Assembly (NCBI RefSeq): GCF_964204645.1
Contig: NC_134036.1
Location: forward strand, 4,246,600-4,310,599
Length of the DNA: 64,000 bases
Direction of reading: 5' to 3'
DNA from: Tubulanus polymorphus
Lineage: Eukaryota > Animalia > Nemertea
The number at the start of each line of letters is the position of its first letter. Position 1 is the first letter of the stretch. Below are positions 54,661 to 64,000 of this stretch, piece after piece. The notes beneath the pieces are model-generated. The model had not been told where the DNA came from and did not search any database. It was given only the letters and a program-made list of their open reading frames with translations. A program made the position numbers and the translations under genes.

Positions 54661-55234
54661 GTATATACACGCGTGATGCATATAAATCGATAAACGATCG
54701 ATAATCGATAACCAATCGAAAAACGATCGATACCCGATCGAGCAGGTGATGACAGAAACTCGCTTCGTGTTTATGTATATATTACAATGCATCTCGGATT
54801 TATCGGGTGTCGCTAAGAGTATTGGTTCGAAGCGATAACACAACAAAGCATCTCGGCGAAACCGATCGAAATGGCGGAATTCGTTTAAAACGCGCGCGAT
54901 CGACCCGAATTCGACAAGACAATAAATAAATAAGTCGATATATTCGAACGCGCGCCGTCTCAAAGGGATGACCGGTTTCGTCGCGGCACATTTAAATACG
55001 AAGGGAATGGAATCGATTTGAAATCTGTAGTATTGGATTGTCGAAGCCAAAGATCGAATTACTGCGCTGAAATGGTAATTAACAGTCGGCTTACGAGAAA
55101 CAAGGAGAAAGGTGTTTGGCAAGGCTGTGTTATAAGGCATACGCTTTTGTGTTCGGCCGATCAGTAGCCAGGAGATTCACGATATCAGCGCAAATCCTAG
55201 TGGGTTCTGTTTCGCATCAAAAGCGTGCCGATAA

Positions 55235-55440
55235 GACGTCTAATGTCTGGTGTTTGAAGTTAATTTTTGATTAAAAATGTCTCGGGTGAAGTACCGAACA
55301 CAAATGAATTTTTGACGATCGGTTTACTTTTTGAAAACGTTCTCAGAAACTGTGTCTGATGTCTGCGGTGTTTGCAGTGTTGCTTTTCAATTATTAGTGT
55401 CTCAGGTGAAGTTCTGAGCACGTGTGTGAGGATTGACGAT
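55235..55440. repeat. ~100-115-bp dispersed repeat family F (2 copies); related at 34081-34148 and inverted at 60720-61110 and 63820-63960
   Basis: Shared GTCT..GTGTTTG.AGT...TTTCAATTA...TGTCTC(A/G)GGTGAAGT.CTGA.CAC motif. Confidence 0.6.
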
Positions 55441-56797
55441 AGCGAGAATCGAATGTCCGGGGACGAACCCCGGCGATACGAGTCGACTTGAAAGTTTTCG
55501 AAAACGGAAAGACAGCGCGAATCTTGATTTAGATCGTGAGATGAAAGGAGTTGAAATTGGCCCCGTTGAGACCAATTAAATCGCTACCCAAATGTACCGC
55601 TGCAACTGTATACTAATGTATACGCTGTGAGTTACATCGCACGCGGTGCGCAACACAAGACGATTTTTTTTCCAAAATCAAAGAGTCCGATCGCTGATTA
55701 ACATCGACGATAAAAAAGAGCCATCGGAAGAAATGAGTATACGACAAGAAGTCCCGCCGTTGTGAGACCAATTAAATTCGAATGTATACCCGCGCCGCGT
55801 TTGCGTCGCGAATTTTCATCAAATTCAAAGATCAAGCGATCGAACGACGATAAATCGACAACGGAATGGACTGGTAATGAAAGGAGTGCGGCAAGGTTCT
55901 GTTCTGATGCCAATTATGTATATACGTATATTATTATCTGTTTCGATACGCGAGGGTTGATACCGTTCAAAAGTCGAAGGCGGCAGATTCTCAAGATGCT
56001 GAGTTCAAATCCCTGGTTGTCGATGGACGAACGCGGTAGAGTCTCCGGACGCCGTCGTAGGTTCGAATCCCGACGAGGGTCGAACGGATTAGAGGTACGC
56101 CTATGCGGAATACAGGTCGCCGAAACCGTCTAGATCGAAGAGAAGCCGTCGCTCCGACAGTGACAGCGGTGACGATGCAATCCGAATGATTCCCGCTCGC
56201 TGCAGATCGATGACGTCGACGCCTAATGAGGCGTAGTATCAAAATCGCTGCACAAGAGATAAACCGAAAATCGATAATCGGTATGCTGGTTTACGATTGA
56301 ATAGGGGGACGGGGGTGGGAGGGGGTTAGAAGGGCGTCATTGTCACCGGGACAGAGGCGCAGCTGTACATCAGAGGTGGGTACGAACAAAAGAAGCTTTA
56401 TTGGGCATTTACAAACAACAGAATCCTGTACACGCAAAAGCGAAGTATCAAACTTCAATTACGGTAGGGATTAAGCTAAATCGAATATTCGTAATGCAAC
56501 TCACGGTTAGAAAAGATCGATAAAAGCGAACACGATATAAAGTAAGCCATAAACGTTATCATAACGAGATGTACGCGTGAGCGTGTGTACCATTTCCACA
56601 GGGCCACACCTATTTCTGTTACAATGGATGGGAAATAGACAATGCGACAGTGATATAGATGCATTGACTCCCTCGTCAGCTGTACCAGTCATTGTGCGTT
56701 AGTTTTTAGGGTAAACTTTGGCACGTTTCAATTCAATGTATTTCCTAGATACATTAGTGAAATTTGAATTCGGGTTTAAACCGTCTGTCGATGGCAT

Positions 56798-56950
56798 GTG
56801 GTGGCACCGCGAGATTCAGCCACGTTCCTCCCTCGCAGGGATTCGAACCTGATGGCATCTCGCCTGACGTTCATCCCTCGCAGGGATTCGAACCTGATGG
56901 CATCGCCTGACTCCCACGTTCCTTCCTCGCAGGGAATCGAACCTGATGAT
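56798..56950 (-). repeat. Minisatellite family C, inverted cluster
   Basis: CACGTTCCTCCCTCGCAGGGATTCGAACCTGATGGCATC, about 3 copies. Confidence 0.85.
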
Positions 56951-58192
56951 ATGGAAAGACTATCGCTTAATCTCGTGGATTTTTTACAGGATGGCACGGG
57001 CGTAAAACGGCGTTACCCACGACACCCACCGAATTACGAATTCAAAAACTTATCCAAAAACCGTGTGATGAACGCCATGCTAAAAGCCGAATACCCTCAA
57101 CTCGCGTTATCTACGCGGCAGTCAACTTCATTCAAAAATTTAGATCTCCATACACACACACTCAAACAACGACGACGAATTCGATATGGATCGATTTATT
57201 GACGATCCATTTTTAGACGGTCGCGGTGGCGCGGGTTTGTGTACGTTTGTTTTGTTTGAATATGTTTGGGCCTGCGGGTGCCTCGACGCGCGCTGCGCGG
57301 AGCCGTGTTTATGAAACGGTGTATTAAATTCGGCTTTGATGGCGGTTCGAATCGATAGGCGTTACGTATATTCGCGCATTAATCGCGAAACGGGCGAGCG
57401 AAAAAATAAACAAACCACCGTTTCGGTTATTCGAAATTATGTATTTTACGGATCGATATCTACCTCGTCGTCGAACGGAGCGACGACATCAAAAAGGTCA
57501 ATTATCGCAAACAGTCGACGCGAAGATCTGAGGCCGCGAACGCGTAACTGAAACCCGGTTCTCGCTGTAAACGTGTAAATGAATCGGCGAGTTTTTTTTT
57601 TCAAACCGCGACAACGCGACACCATCCCCCGTTCGTTCTGGAATTTTCAGCCAGCGATTTTTGTTCGTTTTCGATTTACGGAACAATTTGGATCGTTCTC
57701 GATTTAACACAGGAGCAGGCGTCACGCGTATGACGTCATATCCGATGCACTTTCAACACGCCTTTCAACATGTCTACCGTATCCCTTCAAAATGGAGGTT
57801 ATTAATTGGGGCTGCCTGTATTTTATTTTTGAATGACAACTGTTCTCAAATATCCTTCTCTTTCTCTCCTCTCTTTTCTCCCTCTTCTCCAGTCTCTATT
57901 CCCCCTCCACGCCCATTCTCTTCTCTCCATTTCACAAACTATCTCACTTCTTCAAGTTACATAATCCTCTCTCCACAAAGCCATCATCTTTCCCTTACAA
58001 ACTCACCACACCCATCGCGGGCTGTTTATCCCTAATGTATCTTTTGCCCCCACCAACAAAACCCGCACCCAACCTCCCTCGCGATCTCAGACCTTATAAT
58101 CGTAGCATATTCTAAATGATTAAAACGTCTCAATAAATCATCGTCGTACACGATGGCGATTCGCGTTATTGCTGTTTACACCAACAGCAGCC

Positions 58193-58225
<33 letters not shown>

Positions 58226-58769
58226 GATCGGGTGAACGATCACAGAGTTACACACTACGCCGCGTATGAGACGCCATTAGCCGGACGACGTGCGCGCCGA
58301 TACGACCGTTCCCCCGGGGACCCGGGGCCGATGTTTGCCGATAATAAACGCTAATGCCACGACGACGACGACGACGACGCGGATCGCGCTGAGAAAACAG
58401 ACGTCATCGACATCTTCGAGATAACCTTGTTTACTGTTTTATTATACCCGAGCCGATGATACCGGCCAGCCGGCGAACGGATTGCAGCGTGCGAGACGAG
58501 TAGACCCCGAGAAGTTAAACAAACTCAATCGACTGACTGAGAACGGGACGGATCGCTCCACGCAGACGAGAGGTCTTTGATTGTTTTTTTGTCTCCTCTT
58601 GTCAGAGAGCTTGTGTGTACACAACGATCGATGACGCGTATATTGTCCGATTGAATCGGAAAGCGCTGGTTCCTCGAGTCAAAAATTCCGTTCCGTGATA
58701 GTCGAGAAACTAGAGTCCAAACGCGCGTCAAAATAGTAAGACTGCTCTTAAATTATTAGATTTCGGAGT

Positions 58770-59085
58770 GATAATAATAAGTGTCTTAAATAGCGCTTTA
58801 TCCAGCGAAGCTACTCAGAGCACTTTACAATTTTTGATATGAATACCCCAGCCATTTATGAAACTCTAACATGTATCAGTCATCTCTCCCTGGGGAGAAT
58901 TAACATCCGAACAGCTACTATAGGCGCTCAGGAGTCATCTATCAGACTTGGTACCCATTTACTCCCGGGTGTATAGAGGCAATGAGGATAAGTGTCTTGC
59001 CCGAGAAGACTACGGTAGTGTACTGGGCTCGAACCCACGACCTGGCTTCCCAAGAGTCGAACGCTGTGAAGCCAGGTTGCGATGC
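58770..59085 (-). mobile_element. tRNA-derived CORE-type SINE with LINE2-like 3' tail
   Basis: Minus strand: B-box GGTTCGAGCCC, then a CORE-like block CTCGGGCAAGACACTTATCCTCATTGCCTCTATACACCCGGGAGTAAATGGGTACC, then the tail GTAAAGTGCTCTGAG...AAAGCGCTATTTAAGACAC(TTA)n. Confidence 0.85.
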
Positions 59086-62000
59086 GGTAATCGACAAAAA
59101 AACCGGGAATGGCCACGCGCGCGCAAACCTTACTTAAAAGCGAATTCAGATCGTCGTCGAAGAATAATGATCGCGGGGCGAATTAATCAAAAAGCTGTTC
59201 ATCATTCGCGAACGGCGACCGGGGGCTGGCTTTATACAGAGTCATCGTTACTGAAATTTAATATCACCTCGCGCCGAGTACGATCATTCGAGCTTTTATT
59301 TCAGCTAGCAGCTCGACGAGACAATGAAAGCAACAGAGAGAGAAAGAAAGAGCAGCGATTTTGAAATTAGAAAAAATAATGATAAATCGTCCGGCGCTCG
59401 CTCGTTCAATCGCGTCTTTAAAAACGATAGCGATGCGAGAATTCCCGGAGATTTCTATGAATATCATCGCGCGCGCGTCGTCGTGGCTTTATTGAAGGCG
59501 GTTTCGTTTCGTCAAATGTTTTCCTGCATAATTTCTCATGTTTGAAAATACGGCGTACGGTATATAGCCGATTAAAAACCGTAATTTACAGAGGCCCGTC
59601 ATGCGCGGTCGTGGTAACAATCTAAGACTTTTGGCCAGTTGCTTAAAAATTGGTTGAAGTTAACCACGGATGGTGGATAGCTGACACGTGACAATTTAAA
59701 TTTCGCTGTAATTTGGGTCGAAACAACTTTTGAGAAGCCATGTTCAGTCATTTTAAGACAACGTTACGTTTATACATTAAAGAGCCACGGTTGTACGGTC
59801 GTGACTTCGACTTGAGACCCGTCTAAGACCATCATAGTTCTAAAAAGGCAAATCTACTAAATAAAGATCAGCCTTCGGACTTTAAACAACTTTTTAACTT
59901 AATTCATTATTATGAAATGTCTAAGGCTATCTTAGTTCTAAAAAGGCAAATCTATCAAGTAATGATCAGTCTCAAAACTCGAGACGGCGTTTAGACATGA
60001 GTCCTGATTTGGACATAAGTCGCCGAAGATTCAATTAAGTTTTCATCAATGATTTATCGGGGCTCGATGCGAGCGATGGCGAGTTGGAGAGCTTGGGGGA
60101 AAGTATAGGGCGACAAAGGACGAAAGATAACAAACCGCTAAATAAAGACATTCGACACGCCGTCGACACCTGGCATACTGCAAAATCACCATCACACATC
60201 ATTTTTACGACGCTATCTCTGCCTCCTCTTCAAAGCGGTCTATCGGACACAATCCGCCGCGTGTGACTCGCCGCCGAGGAGGATCCGCGCCAGCACGAAT
60301 AGCGGCGGCCATAAATTCGCCGCGCTCGGCGTTTTCCATCATCCGGGGAATGAAAATCTCATCACCCTCCCCTAGAACGCTATTAACATATAGCAGTCGT
60401 CGTTGTCGTTGTCATAGCGACACGAAGTCACACCCAACTCTGGAGATTGAGTGAGTACAGAGTACGTTCGCGGAGGCGCGCCTCGATCGCGACGATTCGG
60501 TACCCCCCTGCTTCGAAAATTCGTTGTCTGGTGGCCTGATTCATAAGAAGGGAACTTACGAAGCGGGTCAGCCGCCGAGAGTTCGCTGAATACGATATTA
60601 TATGTATAAGATATTAGACACGCATTTATCAACGCTTGCGGGATCGTCCACGGTACGTCCGAAGTTGCAGGGCCTCGCCTGGACCAATTCATTAAAAATG
60701 AACGTCGAAATGAACTAGACATGCGCTAGACATATTAAGACTCCAGCACGATCTCGAAAAATGAACACCGAGGTGTTGAGAATTTCACCTTGAGACGGCT
60801 TCAATTGGAAACGAACTACAAAGACCAGACTAGACGTTTCGAGACGAGGCACAATTTCAATCGGGAATGAACTACAAACACAAGACATTAGACATTAATA
60901 TCAGCAGCGCTATTTCCTAACTATATGATCGCCCACACTTCACGTGTGTTCCGCACTTAATTGGAAACATTTTTAATTGAAATTGGAACCACAAACAACA
61001 GATATTAGACATTTTATCAGCACAATTTCCAAACAATGGTCGCCAACTACTTCACCTGAGACATTTCTCAATTCAAAATCCACTAACCAAACGCCGGAAA
61101 TAAGACATTTCATTCATATAATAAATGATATTAATCGGCCAAAAGGGTGCGGGTTCTCGCTGCATATATAGATACCGGATATAGCGAAAATTGATACCTG
61201 ACAAGGTCGTTGAAAATATACCAGACATTTTGTTTTCCGCGGGGATAAAAAGGGCCTTCGTTATATCATTCATCGTATACGCGTGTATCGCACGAGTATC
61301 ATCGACAAAATATCGTAGTTTTTTTAAACAGATATAAACAGGAAACAGCATAGTTTTCTAAATGGATATTACAGTCGACGGGCGGAGGACTTTGGCAAAC
61401 AGACTAACGTTACAAACAACCATCTTCAAACGACGGAATATCGACGAAAGCGCCTACCTTGACTTAAGTGTTGTCGAAAAAGTTTACCTCTCGCATATCG
61501 CGTGAAATAGCTACTTACAGTACCACCGACAAATGAGCCTCGTTGAGACTTCTTCGAAAAATACGGCGAACTTAGTACACCCGACCAAGACGCGACACGT
61601 GACCGGATGCTTTCTATGCCGTATATCGATCGGGCGACGACGACGACGGCGGCGGCAACGATGGATTTAATCCGGTCCATTCGCGCGTCGTGTAAACCCT
61701 AATGCTTTTTCCTGGTCAACGCGGATTTAGCGCCGGTGGTAAACATCGCTCGGCGAATACAGATTTAAGCGGGTATACGCCGGGTCGATGCGTTAATTGC
61801 GCGTTATATAGCCCGGGCGTCCGAACTATAGACCGCTAAGCCGCGTCAACGGAGAGAAATAAAAAGCCTTTATCAAATCTTTCTTCCGAATATCCTTACT
61901 TATGCTCTAAATACCCTTAATAGCATTGTCGACGATGCGCTGGCCTCGGCTCGGACATTTTTTTGTTCTCGATACAAGATACGGTGCATCGTCTTTTCTC

Positions 62001-64000
62001 CTTCGCGAATAGAATAGATTACTGATTCCTTGAAGTGTCCACTTAACGGAGAATTCTTATCAAGGATCTCAAATCTCCTGCTCATGCACAGTCTAGCTTT
62101 TCGGAAAGTACTTGAAAATCCTTTCGAAATACTTTAATGTTTTGGAAAGGTCTTCGAAGTATGGCGCCACCAAAATGCGGTCTGATCGAATTTTGGCTCT
62201 ATTATCGGAATAGCTTAAAACTAGTCCAAGCCCTCTTTGGTCGTGTCCAAGCTAACAACTTATGGCCAGATAATTGATAACTTAAGACTTAAGTCGTGCG
62301 AATTATAAGACCACATCTAGACCTCAATCAAGACTTCAAACTGAGCAATGTATTTCGTGGTATAGAAACGTATTAGACCGCGTTTGCGCAAACAACAAAG
62401 AGACTTTAATATGTGAGGTCTCTTGCGACGAATTGTCTTACAACGGGAACGCGCACGCGACTGGACTACTTAATCGACCGAACTGCAATCTTGAAATTGA
62501 TGCCAAGACGTTGCCGCCGCCGCCGCTGCCGCTGCCGTTGCAAACATCGCCGAGTACTCAGCGTCCCTAATCATTTCTGGAGGATCGCTTAAGTCACTTT
62601 ACGAAATTAACGACAGCACCGATCGACAATTATAGTAGCATTTCATGCGCGTCGAGAATTTCGGAGCGCGACCTTCGCTCTGCGTAATAATTATAATATA
62701 GTCGTGTCGGATAGGTTAAACGCGCATGCACGCGATGCTAATCACAATTCTCGCAGCGACGAACACAATGCGACCATTACCGAGATTTCCGACGATTTGC
62801 ATCAACAGCCGATCAGCCGGGGTAGATCAGCAACTGCGGCGGCGGCCGGCGAGGCTTGTGTGTATGTGTCGGGTCGATTGGAATATTCGATGCAGATACA
62901 AACCATTTTCTTACTATCACGTATAGGTTAGCGTATTCAATCGTGTGGGGCTGTCATAAACTCGTGTGAGTCAGGACTGATTGAATTCTAACCACATCTT
63001 ATTAAATAGTCCCAAATGCGGAATTAGAGTTAACAGAATAGAATCCGCGTTTTACCGCAGTTAAGTTGAAACTGCAAAAATTCAAGTCAAATATCAAATA
63101 AGAATTTGTGAAATGCAGTAGACACTGACTCTTACTACGGTTAAGTTGAAACTGGTAAAAATTCGACCTCGAGTTGGCGTAAAAGACCGAGTACGAGTTT
63201 AAGAGATTAAGTATCTCTAATTCGGCGAAGCTTGCAAAACTTTACCCCGAATTTGGGCTGAAAACTGAGTTTGGCAGCGAGAAACAAGACTTGTATGCAA
63301 GTTCTATACTTATGAATATATTATAAACTCCACAAGAGACGAATATTTGAATCCGAGAAACGATTCAGAACCGATACGATACGCTATTTATTGCCAACAG
63401 GAAGCGGACGGAACAAAAACAGAGCCGCGTGTAATGATTTTCATAGTCACAGGAAGGCGCGCATCGTTCAGCGGGCGAGTTGAACGGCTATTCACGACGA
63501 AACGCTTATTAATCGAGTCCCGGCGACCTTGACATTAACGTATAGTCACGTAACGGCGTGTGGGATGGAGCTACGAGGGAGAGAGAGAGAGAGAGAGAGA
63601 GAGTCGTCGTGATATATCGTCACCGACGCGATACCATTAAAAGATCAGTGAAATGGAACTAGCATCGCCGGCAGGATATACTGCGCACTTCTTTATAATA
63701 TACCTCTAACGGCTGGGACACCACGGCTTCGGAGCTGTACATTTGCAAAGGCTTACGAACGATGGATATCTCTAGACGTTTAATCAGCCAATTCTTAAAA
63801 AGCGATCGGTTAGATATCAGATGTGTTCTGAACTTCAGCAGAGACATTTTCAAATGAACGGTAAACACCGGACGTTATAGTATCGGCACAATTTCGGAAA
63901 GCGGTCGCCCACACTTTTCACATGTGTTCAGTGCTTCACCCGATACATTTTGACATTTCATTAGCTTATCTTAAGAAATGGTCGTCCACACTTCGCTAGT

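Noticed and set aside
56030-56095. tRNA gene around GTAGGTTCGAATCCC
   Set aside because: No acceptor stem or cloverleaf; it matches a family C repeat unit.
56935-56985. Minimal hammerhead ribozyme (CTGATGA tatg GAAA)
   Set aside because: Helices I and II cannot be formed convincingly, and sister units read CTGATGG.
50412-64000. Upstream RRM1/RRM2 exons
   Set aside because: No sequence encoding the expected HGSQTMP or RNP motifs was found. They must lie beyond the right edge (intron >13.5 kb).

Overview
Eukaryotic (invertebrate, probably lophotrochozoan by inference) genomic DNA. It is AT-rich and not CpG-depleted. The window is dominated by the 3' part of one large minus-strand gene for a CELF3-6 subfamily RNA-binding protein (CELF4 / Bruno-3 / UNC-75 type). 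I reconstructed seven core coding exons from 50411 down to the stop at 23042. They encode the end of RRM2, the Q/A-rich divergent domain and the complete RRM3, ending [10 protein letters not shown]. The RRM1 and most RRM2 exons are not in the window. The sequence also shows two candidate frame-preserving microexons (18/12 nt and 21 nt) and four pairs of in-frame tandem splice sites, one using a GC donor. An intron starts 40 nt after the stop, and it holds a possible NMD-inducing UTR cassette exon. A candidate ~13-kb terminal 3' UTR exon ends at an AATAAA plus GU-rich site near 6110. A second spliced, apparently non-coding minus-strand transcript (or a uORF-rich 5' leader) starts near 5 kb and runs into a 51-bp satellite at the left edge. 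Introns carry a CORE-type SINE, a truncated copy with a 14-bp TSD, MITE-like elements, a Penelope-like palindrome, several dispersed minisatellite families (some in inverted pairs), long (TA)n tracts and many CTCF-like motifs. I see no evidence for a new protein family or a prokaryote-type system. The most novel signal is the splicing and UTR regulatory architecture of the CELF gene, which needs transcript data to confirm.
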